33,866 bases of DNA. It comes from Prochlorococcus sp. AG-363-O06. GTDB taxonomy: Bacteria; Cyanobacteriota; Cyanobacteriia; PCC-6307; Cyanobiaceae. This document shows positions 1 through 10,111 of the stretch, piece by piece. The notes below the pieces were generated by a model, which was not told where the DNA came from, did not search any database, and saw nothing but the letters and a program-made list of their open reading frames with translations. The stretch lies in contig QCFY01000013.1 of NCBI GenBank assembly GCA_003280085.1, positions 1-33,866 on the forward strand, written 5' to 3'. The first letter of the stretch is position 1. The number at the start of each line of letters is the position of its first letter. A program made the position numbers and the translations under genes.

Positions 1-177
1 CTCTGCAAACTTTTAGGATTATCTCCAGCAGACATTTGGATGGTTAAACAGGGGAATGGAGGTGTAACGGTTATCGACATATCAAAAGACGGAAACCAAT
101 CTGATGTAGTCAAATGCCTAAATCTAACTTCTCACTTAGGTGGTGTTCTTGATAACACTGCAGAAGGAGCATTGTGA
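1..177 (+). CDS. 3' end of an upstream ORF that enters the window from the left (frame 1, stop TGA at 175-177); product not recognised
   Basis: Frame 1 is open from position 1 to the TGA at 175-177 (…GGVTVIDISKDGNQSDVVKCLNLTSHLGGVLDNTAEGAL*). The stop lies 4 nt before the ATG at 182 of the next gene, suggesting operon coupling. I recognise no family from the 58 residues. Confidence 0.3.
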   Translation, partial: LCKLLGLSPADIWMVKQGNGGVTVIDISKDGNQSDVVKCLNLTSHLGGVLDNTAEGAL

Positions 178-1441
178 ACCTATGGACGAATCGTACCTTT
201 TAGACCCTGTCCAAATATTATTTGGATCAGAACAACCATTAGTCCAAGATGCTGCCTTAATCAGTAAAGGCTATATAAAAGCTTTTGGTGATGAAGCAAG
301 AAAAATAGGAAAAGAGCTAAATCTTCAATCCAAAAAAGCATCTCAGATGCTTCTTGCTCCATGCCTAGTAGACCCCCATTCAATCCTTGAAAAACCATTC
401 AACGAGATTGGGGAAAATCTAACCACCCTAAGAAAAGCAGCTGCTAATGCTGGTTATGGTCAGATAGCTCTACTGCCAAGAAGCTCTGTCTGGAGAGATC
501 TACCTGAACACCTCCAAGGCTATAGGAATCATTCCAACTCAGTGTCGATTCACTTATGGGCAAGCTTCAGTCAACAAGGTGAAGGGAAACAACTAGCACC
601 TCATGCAGATCTACTAAAGAATGGGGCAATCGGATTAGCAGATGATGATTCGATAATTCCAATTCAATTACTAAAACAAGGTTTAGAGCTTGGGGAAATG
701 GACAAAAAGCCAATTCTCCTATGTCCTAGAGACCCAGAAATTCAGGGTAATGGTATTTCCAAGGAAGGAGTAGAAACATTGCGCGCTGGATGGATTCCGG
801 ACCCTTTATCCAGCGAGACTATTCCGCTCAGTCAAATTCTTGAACTTCATAAACAGCATCCAGAAAAAAATATTCGGCTAATGAATATATCCACTGCCAA
901 AGGAGTCTTTTTGGTTAAAGAAAGTGAAACTAAACCAATAGCTAGTGTTTCTTGGTGGCACTTAATTACAGATACAGCTCTTCTCTCCTCATCAGACATT
1001 GGATGGAGAGTCACTCCATCTTTAGGAGGACCAAAAGATAGAAGAGCATTAATAGATGGTCTACTAAAAAATCACCTGTCTGCAATAGCAGTTAACGCAA
1101 TACCTTTAGATGAAGAGCAGACACGACAACCAACAGAACAACGAATTCCTGGCCTTAGTGGTCATCAATTGGTACTGCCTTCGCTATGGAAAGAACTAAT
1201 CGTTAATTCTGGATTTACAATCGAGAAATTATGGGATGCTTTAAGTTTTGGGCCTTCAAGAATGATGAAATTACCTGAAGAGTTTTTAAGCTGTGGAAGT
1301 CGCAGATGGCTTCTTTTTGACCCCAATAAAAAATGGGTCCAAAATAGATTTGAGGAAGATCTTCCTTCAGCTGCCAATCAACCTTGGCAGGGAGAATCTA
1401 TTTTAGGTAAAGTTATAGACTGTGGACTTAAAGTCCTATAA
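140..1441 (+). CDS. Dihydroorotase-like amidohydrolase (PyrC-like; probably a non-catalytic DHOase-like protein). ORF opens at GTG 140; the ATG at 182 is the more likely start
   Basis: 433-aa ORF with the cyclic-amidohydrolase fold signature region …LLAPCLVDPHSILEKP… (a DxHxH-like motif but only one His). The N-terminus MDESYLLDPVQILFGSEQ…DAALISKGYIKAFGD resembles DHOase N-termini. The end overlaps the convergent lepB by 14 nt. Confidence 0.7.
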   Translation: MVFLITLQKEHCEPMDESYLLDPVQILFGSEQPLVQDAALISKGYIKAFGDEARKIGKELNLQSKKASQMLLAPCLVDPHSILEKPFNEIGENLTTLRKAAANAGYGQIALLPRSSVWRDLPEHLQGYRNHSNSVSIHLWASFSQQGEGKQLAPHADLLKNGAIGLADDDSIIPIQLLKQGLELGEMDKKPILLCPRDPEIQGNGISKEGVETLRAGWIPDPLSSETIPLSQILELHKQHPEKNIRLMNISTAKGVFLVKESETKPIASVSWWHLITDTALLSSSDIGWRVTPSLGGPKDRRALIDGLLKNHLSAIAVNAIPLDEEQTRQPTEQRIPGLSGHQLVLPSLWKELIVNSGFTIEKLWDALSFGPSRMMKLPEEFLSCGSRRWLLFDPNKKWVQNRFEEDLPSAANQPWQGESILGKVIDCGLKVL

Positions 1442-2144
1442 AGCCAATTCGTTTAGCTGGCCAAAATCTAACAATAGCTCTCCCAAAAACTTCTTTTTCA
1501 GGCAAGAAAGGACCTCCAGGCCAATACCTACTATCCCAACTTTTTTTTCGGTTGTCGCCCAAAACTAATAGATGTCCTAAAGGAACTGTTGTTGAAAGTG
1601 ACTTACATTCACCTAAACCTCTTTGGTTAACATCGCAATAGTCGCTAACATAAGGTTCAAACAATCTTCGATCATTAACAGTCACATATCCTTGTCTATT
1701 TATTGAGACCCTATCTCCAGCTACAGCAACAACTCGTTTAATGTAGTCATCACATGCAGGATCACTAAGCCCAGTCAATACATTCAACAAGGGTAAATTA
1801 ATCATTGCACATTTTATAGATGATGGTGACCTCTTAGAACGTAGAGCTTTATCAAACATATAAGGAGAATTAAAAACAACTACTTCTCCCCTATTAGGTG
1901 ATCTCCTCAAGAAAGTAAGTTTCTCTACCAAAAGCCTGTCTTTAATTTGTAAAGAAGGCAACATTGAGCCAGATGGGATATACCTAGGCTCAACAATGAA
2001 ATGGCGAATACCTATGCAAAAAGAAAAAGTGACCAATATTGGAGACCAAAAATCCCAAAATGCTCGAAATTTTGGACGAGACTGATCTTCTTCATCGGTC
2101 CCGACCACTGCAGAAGCTGATTCCTTATTCGACTTTTCAGTCAA
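1428..2144 (-). CDS. lepB: Signal peptidase I (S26 family)
   Basis: Catalytic Ser motif PSGSMLPSL and Lys-box region RGEVVVF. C-terminal GDNRKKSWDSRYWP (GDNRxxSxDSR signature). N-terminal hydrophobic anchor. Confidence 0.9.
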   Translation of the reverse strand: MTEKSNKESASAVVGTDEEDQSRPKFRAFWDFWSPILVTFSFCIGIRHFIVEPRYIPSGSMLPSLQIKDRLLVEKLTFLRRSPNRGEVVVFNSPYMFDKALRSKRSPSSIKCAMINLPLLNVLTGLSDPACDDYIKRVVAVAGDRVSINRQGYVTVNDRRLFEPYVSDYCDVNQRGLGECKSLSTTVPLGHLLVLGDNRKKSWDSRYWPGGPFLPEKEVFGRAIVRFWPAKRIGFIGL

Positions 2145-2236
2145 TACAAATCTTGAAGTTCTTATTTCCCAAGAATAAACCTTTATGGTCAGAAAAAAAA
2201 GTGAAAGAGATTAATGCCTGAATATAGGTTAACTAG

Positions 2237-2599
2237 CTATTTCAACAAAGAGATTTCCCAAACTTCAGACTTAAACCCAAGCAAAATCAACCCTGAGGCT
2301 GTAACCAAGAATGGTCGTTTTATTAGTTTCCCGTCTGAAGCAAGTGCCTCAATAGCCTCTTCATTGGTCATATTTCGAACTACCTCAGAACCCATTGAGC
2401 GATAACTAACTCCTCGAGTATTAAAAAGGTCCTTTCGAGCATCAACTTGATTCAAAGCCTTTTTAAGAATTTCTTTAGAAGGAGGTTCATTAACAATATC
2501 AATAACGTCAAAGTCCAACTGATATTGATTAAGCCAGTTAATAGCCTTCTTGCATGTTGAGCACGCCGAGTAGCTATAAATTAAAAGCTTCGAAGTCAT
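2237..2599 (-). CDS. ArsC/Spx-family thioredoxin-fold protein (YffB-like)
   Basis: 120 aa. N-terminal IYSYSACSTCKKAINWL… (CxxC with a downstream conserved K/R) is typical of the ArsC/Spx/YffB family. The size is right. Confidence 0.75.
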   Translation of the reverse strand: MTSKLLIYSYSACSTCKKAINWLNQYQLDFDVIDIVNEPPSKEILKKALNQVDARKDLFNTRGVSYRSMGSEVVRNMTNEEAIEALASDGKLIKRPFLVTASGLILLGFKSEVWEISLLK

Positions 2600-2656
2600 T
2601 CTATTAAAAGAGAAGGAATAAATAGTTTAAAAAATAAAGCTCTAAGCATTAAGAAT

Positions 2657-3184
2657 TTATTTATTAGCAGACTTTAACCTTGCAGCTTCAACACATTGCC
2701 GAAGTAAAGCCTCGACAGAATCAAAGTCACGCCATCCATCAATAACAATTACCCTTCCCTCTAGGCTTTTGTAAGTTCGAAAAAACTCTGCAACATCTTC
2801 TAATTGATTAGGAGCAATTTGTTTAATACTGCTAATTGAACTCTGCCTTGGGTCAGCGATAGGAACGCAAAGTAGCTTACCGTCGTAAGCACCTGAATCA
2901 TGCATATCAAGCACACCAATTGGCCTGGCTTTAATTAAACAACCAGCAAAAGTTGGCTCCTCCATGATGACCATTGCATCTAATGGAGCCCCATCTTCTG
3001 CAAGGGTATTAGGAATAAAACCATAATCAAACGGGTACCTGACTGAAGAATGAAGAACCCGATCTAATGCCATCACTCCAGCATCAGCAAAATATTCATA
3101 TTTATTCCTGCTTCCAGCTGGAATCTCCACAACTAAGTTAACCAACCCTGGTGAAGGAGAAGGTAAAAGGCGTCTTAGATCCAT
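2657..3184 (-). CDS. ppa: Inorganic pyrophosphatase, family I (cyanobacterial type). ORF is open upstream to TTG 3208, but the first ATG at 3184 (MDLRRLL…) matches homolog N-termini
   Basis: Motifs VVEIPAGSRNKYEY, LDRVLHSSVRYPFDYGFIPNTLAEDGAPLDAMV and FFRTYKSL align to family-I PPase (E. coli-numbered E20, K29, E31, R43, Y51, Y55, D65, D70, D97, D102, K104, Y141, K142 are present). The position equivalent to D67 is Ala (GCT). Confidence 0.9.
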   Translation of the reverse strand: MDLRRLLPSPSPGLVNLVVEIPAGSRNKYEYFADAGVMALDRVLHSSVRYPFDYGFIPNTLAEDGAPLDAMVIMEEPTFAGCLIKARPIGVLDMHDSGAYDGKLLCVPIADPRQSSISSIKQIAPNQLEDVAEFFRTYKSLEGRVIVIDGWRDFDSVEALLRQCVEAARLKSANK

Positions 3185-3506
3185 GAATTTCCATGGCAGA
3201 AGGAACAAAACTTTTGCGAACCATAGACCTTTCAGTCAAAACTGCTGTTATAGGGATCCCAATGGTTGCAAGTGCGATTACCAAGCCAATCAAAGCAATT
3301 GAAGTACGGGACAAACTCAATGGGTCTTCATCTTCAAGCCCTTTATATTTACTGGCCTGAGTGGTCGTGGAAGACTGCTCAACCTGATAGGAAGGACTAG
3401 AGACTGCGGCTGGTTCGGGATCCATGCAGGGGTGGTTTGGAACAACCCAGAAAAAATTGCAATCGCAACCCTTTTCCCAGGAGCTTCTAGTAGATGGAGC
3501 ATCCAT
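3138..3506 (-). CDS. Hypothetical small membrane protein (one predicted TM helix, SIALIGLVIALATIGIPITAVL). Its 3' end overlaps the ppa start by about 47 nt
   Basis: 122-aa ORF from ATG 3506 (GTG at 3509 is also possible). It is in series on the same strand with the HTH ORF upstream and ppa downstream. I recognise no family. The overlap with ppa makes it uncertain. Confidence 0.3.
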   Translation of the reverse strand: MDAPSTRSSWEKGCDCNFFWVVPNHPCMDPEPAAVSSPSYQVEQSSTTTQASKYKGLEDEDPLSLSRTSIALIGLVIALATIGIPITAVLTERSMVRKSFVPSAMEIHGSKTPFTFSFTRVG

Positions 3507-3546
3507 CACTAAAGGCTTTACCTATTCTGTCACTACAAAGATATTT

Positions 3547-4011
3547 TTAAGCTGCTGGTCTGTCCTTACGCTCCCTATGGGTAGAAATATTGGCAGTGGC
3601 AGTACTATCAAGTTCTAGATGAGATCTAATAAGTCTCAATTCATCAAGAATAGCCGTCAAGACTTGTTGAGTAGCAGAGGAGGGTGAATTTAAAACCTCA
3701 ACAGTAACTTCCTTAATCCTAAGAACATCCTTTGCGAACCTTGCTACTTCATTTGGGTGAAATAAGAGTGGATCTTTTTGATCACTTCTATATTCAGAAT
3801 TTAACTTTCTAGGATTAAACGGAGGGTTGAGGTTACGAGCATCTGTATTTGTATAGCGATAAACAGATGCCCTGGACCTATTTAATGATTTCTGAACATC
3901 ATCAATGCCAACCAGCACGTCACCATCAGTCATTGCAGCTGTTATATCTTTAGTTAGCAGTGAAGAAGAAGAAGAGTTCAACTGCAAGGAATTTGATGGC
4001 CCACTTAACAT
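3547..4011 (-). CDS. Hypothetical protein with a probable helix-turn-helix DNA-binding segment (…VGIDDVQKSLNRSRASVYRY…). An internal start at 3933 (MTDGD…) is possible
   Basis: 154-aa ORF filling the gap between the divergent proS and the ppa cluster. The HTH-like segment ends in the ‘SRxxxYRY’ pattern seen in resolvase/excisionase-type HTHs. I cannot assign a family. Confidence 0.45.
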   Translation of the reverse strand: MLSGPSNSLQLNSSSSSLLTKDITAAMTDGDVLVGIDDVQKSLNRSRASVYRYTNTDARNLNPPFNPRKLNSEYRSDQKDPLLFHPNEVARFAKDVLRIKEVTVEVLNSPSSATQQVLTAILDELRLIRSHLELDSTATANISTHRERKDRPAA

Positions 4012-4158
4012 AATTTCAACAGGGCCTTGATTAACTGCGGTTGAAGCTAGCAGATGCTCACAGAGCTATTAAAAACGTTTTTAAAAAGTTAGACAGTTTG
4101 ACGATCGGTCTCGCGACCCAAATAATGCTATCTTCCGACGTTTATTGCTTTTGAAACC

Positions 4159-5943
4159 ATGCGCGTCTCCCGCCTAATGCTGGTGACGCAAAGAGACGTC
4201 CCGGCAGAAGCTGAGATAGTTTCACATCAGCTACTAGTTCGCGGCGGATATATTCGGCGCGTCACATCTGGCATATATGCCTACATGCCTTTGATGTGGA
4301 GGGTCCTAAGAAAGATCAAAGCCATAGTCGAAGAAGAAATGGATAATGCAGGTGCACTCCAAACACTTCTACCGCAGCTACATCCTTCTGAGCTCTGGGA
4401 AAGAAGTGGAAGGTGGCAAAGCTATACAGCAGGTGAAGGGATAATGTTTCACTTAATGGACCGCCAAAAAAGATCATTAGGCCTTGGCCCAACACATGAA
4501 GAAGTCATAACTAAGATCGCTGACGAACAAATTCATTCATATAAGCAACTTCCTGTAAACATATACCAAATACAAACAAAGTTTAGAGATGAAATAAGGC
4601 CTAGGTTTGGATTAATGCGTAGCAGGGAATTTATAATGAAAGATTCCTATTCCTTTCATAGCAATGAGAAAGATCTAGGAAAAACTTATAAGTCAATGGA
4701 GGTTACCTATAAAAGAATTTTCGCAAGGTGTGGTCTTGAAACTGTAGCTGTAGATGCTGACAGTGGTGCAATTGGGGGTTCAGCCTCGCAAGAGTTTATG
4801 GTTACAGCAGATGCAGGAGAAGACTTAATCCTAACTAGTAAAGATGGCTTATATGCAGCAAATCAAGAGAAAGCAGTTTCAATTCCAAAAGAAGCAATAT
4901 TGCACAACCCAAGCGAATCAAAAACAATAAGCACTCCTAATCAAAACTCAATTTTAGAATTATGTTCAACGAATAACCTGGAACCTTCTCAAATTGTGAA
5001 AGTAATAATAATGATTGCTATTTTAGAAGAGCAAGTTGAACAACCATTACTTCTATCTATAAGAGGAGACCAGGAAATAAATGAAGTTAAAGTCATTAAC
5101 TTTGTCGCAGAAACTATTAACAAACAAGTTATAAAGTTAGATCAAGTTAATGATGAGGAAAAAAATAGACTTAAATTAGACCACATACCTTTTGGTTTTT
5201 TAGGTCCTGACCTTAAAGATAATGTCCTAGAAAACATTTCAGGTTGGCAGAAACAATTTCTTAGAGTTACAGATCATTCGGCAGCATCTTTAGATTGCTT
5301 TGTTTGTGGAGCAAATGTCAAAGACAAGCATCGAATAGGTATGAGCTGGGAAAAGCTCGGAGAACTAACAAATAAAGCTGATATTCGTAAAGCCCAAAAA
5401 GGTGAAAGTTGTGTTCATGATCCCACCATGAAATTAGAAGAGCGTCATGGAATAGAAATTGGGCATATTTTTCAACTAGGTCGTAAATACTCAAAATCAT
5501 TACAAGCAACTTTTACCAACGAACAAGGCCAAGAAGAAGCTTTTTGGATGGGATGCTATGGACTTGGTATTACAAGACTCGCACAAGCAGCTATAGAGCA
5601 GCATCACGATGAACATGGGATCTGCTGGCCTTTACCAATTGCGCCTTTTGAAGCGGTTATCGTAGTTATAAATATGAAAGAACCAATTCAGGAAGAAATT
5701 AGCGGAAACATCTATAAAGCGATGCTTGCAAAAGGCATAGATGTTCTTCTTGATGACAGGAGTGAAAGAGCAGGGGTCAAGTTTAAGGACGCAGACCTCA
5801 TAGGGATTCCATGGAGAATTGTTGTTGGAAGGGATGCAGCCAATGGGAAGGTTGAAATAGTTCAAAGAGTAAGCAGGGAAACCCTTTTAGTAGATTCGGA
5901 GCAGGCAATTCAACGAATTCTGCAAGAGAAGTTGTCTAAATAA
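4159..5943 (+). CDS. proS: Proline--tRNA ligase (bacterial type with the INS editing domain)
   Basis: N-terminus MRVSRLMLVTQRDVPAEAEIVSHQLLVRGGYIRR is classic ProRS, with class II aaRS motifs FRDEIRPRFGLMRSREF…KDSYSF. 594 aa is consistent with the INS-containing bacterial form. C-terminal anticodon-binding domain. Confidence 0.95.
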   Translation: MRVSRLMLVTQRDVPAEAEIVSHQLLVRGGYIRRVTSGIYAYMPLMWRVLRKIKAIVEEEMDNAGALQTLLPQLHPSELWERSGRWQSYTAGEGIMFHLMDRQKRSLGLGPTHEEVITKIADEQIHSYKQLPVNIYQIQTKFRDEIRPRFGLMRSREFIMKDSYSFHSNEKDLGKTYKSMEVTYKRIFARCGLETVAVDADSGAIGGSASQEFMVTADAGEDLILTSKDGLYAANQEKAVSIPKEAILHNPSESKTISTPNQNSILELCSTNNLEPSQIVKVIIMIAILEEQVEQPLLLSIRGDQEINEVKVINFVAETINKQVIKLDQVNDEEKNRLKLDHIPFGFLGPDLKDNVLENISGWQKQFLRVTDHSAASLDCFVCGANVKDKHRIGMSWEKLGELTNKADIRKAQKGESCVHDPTMKLEERHGIEIGHIFQLGRKYSKSLQATFTNEQGQEEAFWMGCYGLGITRLAQAAIEQHHDEHGICWPLPIAPFEAVIVVINMKEPIQEEISGNIYKAMLAKGIDVLLDDRSERAGVKFKDADLIGIPWRIVVGRDAANGKVEIVQRVSRETLLVDSEQAIQRILQEKLSK

Positions 5944-5993
5944 AACACTTTTGATTGGCAAGCAATTAGAGTTAATTCAATTGCGTTTTCAAC

Positions 5994-6416
5994 ATGAGCT
6001 CTGCCTTTAGTCGGCTTACGAAGCAGCTGATAGGGGCAGCTTTGTCAATCTGCCTAGGACTTAGCCTCCTCTTTTCAACATTTGTCGGTGACGTTCAAGC
6101 AGCTAGAACCTCAATGACAGGCGACTATGCAAAGGACACGATTTCAGTTGCTCGTAGCTTGCAAGAGACAATAGACACTCCTCTGGACAGTGAAGGGCGT
6201 CAGGAAGCTATAGATCTAATTACTGACTACATCTCTAGATATAGAAATCGTTCTCAATTCAACGAGAGCATTTCTTTCACAACTATGCAGACAGCTCTTA
6301 ACTCTCTTGCAGGTCATTACAAAACCTTTGGAGCTCGTCCTCTACCAGAAGAACTAAAAACCCGTCTTGACAAGGAGCTTGGCAAAGCCGAAAGCATTGT
6401 CCTAAAAGAAAGCTAA
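5994..6416 (+). CDS. psb27: Photosystem II assembly lipoprotein Psb27
   Basis: 140 aa with a signal peptide and lipobox (…AALSIC). The conserved Psb27 segments MTGDYAKDTISVARSLQETI and SFTTMQTALNSLAGHY are present. Confidence 0.85.
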   Translation: MSSAFSRLTKQLIGAALSICLGLSLLFSTFVGDVQAARTSMTGDYAKDTISVARSLQETIDTPLDSEGRQEAIDLITDYISRYRNRSQFNESISFTTMQTALNSLAGHYKTFGARPLPEELKTRLDKELGKAESIVLKES

Positions 6417-6430
6417 AAAATACTAATTAA

Positions 6431-7822
<1,392 letters not shown>

Positions 7823-7899
7823 ATAAAATTCAAGACAAGAATTAATTTCGAATCTAAATAATAAACATTAAAATCTTTTCCAGTTTCTAAAGACCAAAA

Positions 7900-8892
7900 A
7901 TGAACAAATCTGAACTTGATGTAGTAGGAATAGGAAATGCAATTGTTGATGTTCTCGTAAAAACAAAAGATTCATTTTTAGAGAAACACTCTCTAATAAA
8001 AGGCAGTATGACATTAATAAATGAGCTACAGGCTCAAAGTCTTTATTCAGAAATTAAATCAGGTCTAGAGACTTCTGGGGGTTCAGTTGCAAATACACTT
8101 GCAGGGATAGCAGAGCTTGGCAGCAAAACAGCTTTTATTGGAAGAGTAAGCGATGACAAACTTGGCGACATATTTAAAACTCAGATCCGTTCATCAGGAA
8201 CAATTTTCAATACATTGCCATCCCAAAATGGTCCATCAACTGCACGTTGCCTGATATTCGTAACACCTGATGCACAAAGAACGATGTGCACTTATCTTGG
8301 TGCATCGGTAGAGATCAATCCAGAAGATCTTGACCTTTCAATAGTTTCAAAAGCTAAGGTTTTATATCTTGAAGGCTATCTTTGGGACGACGACATAGCA
8401 AAAAAAACATTTAAAGCTGCAGCAAAAGCAGCTAAATCTGCAAGCAGAAAGGTTGCACTATCTCTTTCAGATTCCTTCTGCGTTGAAAGACATAGAGAAA
8501 GCTTCCTTGAACTAGTTGAAAATGACGTTGATATCTTATTCGCAAATGAATTTGAATTAATATCTCTATACCAAAGCAATAGACTGGAAGAAGCATTAAG
8601 TGAGATAAAAGGACGTTGTGAAATAGCTGCAATAACATGTGGTGAAAGAGGCTCGAAAATACTTTCGAGCAATCAAAGCTGGGAAATAGAACCTGTACAT
8701 CTTGGAAATCTAATAGATACGACTGGTGCTGGAGACCTATATGCAAGTGGCTTCCTGCATGGTTACACAAATGGCAAAGAGCTAAGGGTTTGTGGAGAAA
8801 TAGGCTCGATATGTGCTGGCCACATAGTGACTCGACTTGGATCAAGCCCAAGCAGCAATCTAGCCAAACTTGTAGAAGAAAATCTTAAATAG
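7900..8892 (+). CDS. PfkB-family carbohydrate/nucleoside kinase (adenosine kinase- or ribokinase-like)
   Basis: N-terminal GIGNAIVDVL and C-terminal DTTGAGDLYASGFLHG (PfkB signature 2, the anion hole). 330 aa. Confidence 0.85.
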   Translation: MNKSELDVVGIGNAIVDVLVKTKDSFLEKHSLIKGSMTLINELQAQSLYSEIKSGLETSGGSVANTLAGIAELGSKTAFIGRVSDDKLGDIFKTQIRSSGTIFNTLPSQNGPSTARCLIFVTPDAQRTMCTYLGASVEINPEDLDLSIVSKAKVLYLEGYLWDDDIAKKTFKAAAKAAKSASRKVALSLSDSFCVERHRESFLELVENDVDILFANEFELISLYQSNRLEEALSEIKGRCEIAAITCGERGSKILSSNQSWEIEPVHLGNLIDTTGAGDLYASGFLHGYTNGKELRVCGEIGSICAGHIVTRLGSSPSSNLAKLVEENLK

Positions 8893-8908
8893 GATTACGA
8901 TAATGGCT

Positions 8909-9220
8909 TTATTGAGAGCATGTTTCTAAAAGCCATTTTTTATAACCATTACTAGCATTAATAGGCCAATAAATTAATTCGGGTGTCTCATAACTATGTA
9001 ACTTAAGCAAAGCCTCCAAAAGCATCTCCAAATTATCCTTGGTTGACTTAATTAACAATTCAACTTCTACATTTTTCTCTAACTCACCATTCCAAATATA
9101 ACTAGACTTGACCATCCTCATAGATATACATGCAGCAAGTCTTTTCTTTAAGATTTTAGCAGAAAGCTCTTCAGCATTAGCCAAACTAGATTCAGTGGTA
9201 AGAACCAAAACAAGAGTCAA
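8909..9220 (-). CDS. cutA: Divalent-cation tolerance protein CutA
   Basis: About 103 aa. The CutA1 signature region …LHSYETPELIYWPI… (the HPYEVPE motif) is present, and the length is right. Confidence 0.85.
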   Translation of the reverse strand: MTLVLVLTTESSLANAEELSAKILKKRLAACISMRMVKSSYIWNGELEKNVEVELLIKSTKDNLEMLLEALLKLHSYETPELIYWPINASNGYKKWLLETCSQ

Positions 9221-9265
9221 TTTAATTGATGGTGAGTTGCAGCTTCTCTACGATATAGATTAAAC

Positions 9266-10096
9266 CTATTCAAAACTTTTAAAAGAAGAGAGTGTAACAA
9301 CTAATTCTTTAATGCTATACACAATATCAATATTATTATCAAGAGGTGGACGTGCAAGCATCCAAAGTTTAAGCCCTAAATCATTACAAACATTCTGCCA
9401 AATCTTTTGCGTATACCCTCCAGACTGCCTACAAACAACTCCATCAATCAACCACCTACTCAAGAGGCCCGCTTCTATAGCGCCCAAGGGATTGGATTCT
9501 TTAGGCCTAAGTACTGCCAAGTGGCTGTCTTCCAAACAGCTTGACAATGCAATTCGAAGACTTTCAGGAGTGGGCAAGACACGAGCATAAACCTCGGCAC
9601 CTGATTTCCTGGCTAATTCCACTCCGAGGGGAAGGCATCTAGACCCAATAGCAAATAAAATCTTTTTACCTTTTAAATCCAATCTCGAAAGATCTTCTAA
9701 ATCAGAAATCAAAGACTCTTCAGGAAACTCATCAATTGGTCTTTCGAATCTTAATAAGGGTTGCCCAAAAACATTGCAGGCTTTTTTCAGGTCATTACTT
9801 ATAAGAACTGCAAAAGGATGCGTAGCATCAATTACATAGTCAAATCCACAATCAGTAAGTGCTGCTTCCTCAAGAGTACTCGTAATTGCAGATACTCCTT
9901 GAAGAGGCCCAATCCAAATATTCTTTAATGGCAAATCGGAATATTGAGACGCGGCCCCTTTTGTAACAACACTAACGCTTACCTCCCAACCAAGTTCCAA
10001 TAGTTTTCTTGCCAAGCTCGGTCCTTCTCCAGTACCTGACAGAAGCCATAGATGCCTATGGCGATTCTCTGTATTTTGGTTCAAGATGACGCTCAC
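9266..10096 (-). CDS. cobK: Precorrin-6A / cobalt-precorrin-6A reductase (CobK/CbiJ)
   Basis: N-terminal LWLLSGTGEGPSLARKL (the LGGTSEGR-type motif), about 260-276 aa, and overall CobK-like organisation. The start is GTG at 10096 as printed and may be further downstream. Confidence 0.8.
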   Translation of the reverse strand: MSVILNQNTENRHRHLWLLSGTGEGPSLARKLLELGWEVSVSVVTKGAASQYSDLPLKNIWIGPLQGVSAITSTLEEAALTDCGFDYVIDATHPFAVLISNDLKKACNVFGQPLLRFERPIDEFPEESLISDLEDLSRLDLKGKKILFAIGSRCLPLGVELARKSGAEVYARVLPTPESLRIALSSCLEDSHLAVLRPKESNPLGAIEAGLLSRWLIDGVVCRQSGGYTQKIWQNVCNDLGLKLWMLARPPLDNNIDIVYSIKELVVTLSSFKSFE

Positions 10097-10111
10097 CCCT
10101 TAAGCCTAGAA

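Noticed and set aside
1165-1377. 70-aa minus-strand ORF inside the DHOase-like gene
   Set aside because: It lies entirely antisense within a well-supported longer CDS and has no recognisable motif. It is a typical shadow ORF.
2039-2405. Two short plus-strand ORFs (2039-2221, 2214-2405) spanning the lepB start and the ArsC-like gene
   Set aside because: They overlap convincingly conserved genes on the opposite strand and are low-complexity. Shadow ORFs.
3317-3618. ORFs 3317-3502 (minus strand) and 3424-3618 (plus strand) in the region upstream of ppa
   Set aside because: They overlap the longer 3138-3506 ORF, are in alternative frames or strands, are short, and show no motifs. Not reportable as genes.
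5318-5865. Two antisense ORFs (63 and 77 aa) within proS
   Set aside because: They lie inside a highly conserved aaRS gene on the opposite strand. Shadow ORFs.
8376-8851. Antisense ORFs (98 and 139 aa) within the PfkB kinase gene
   Set aside because: They are antisense to a conserved CDS, mutually overlapping, with no motifs.
9312-9590. 92-aa plus-strand ORF antisense to cobK
   Set aside because: Shadow ORF within a conserved gene.
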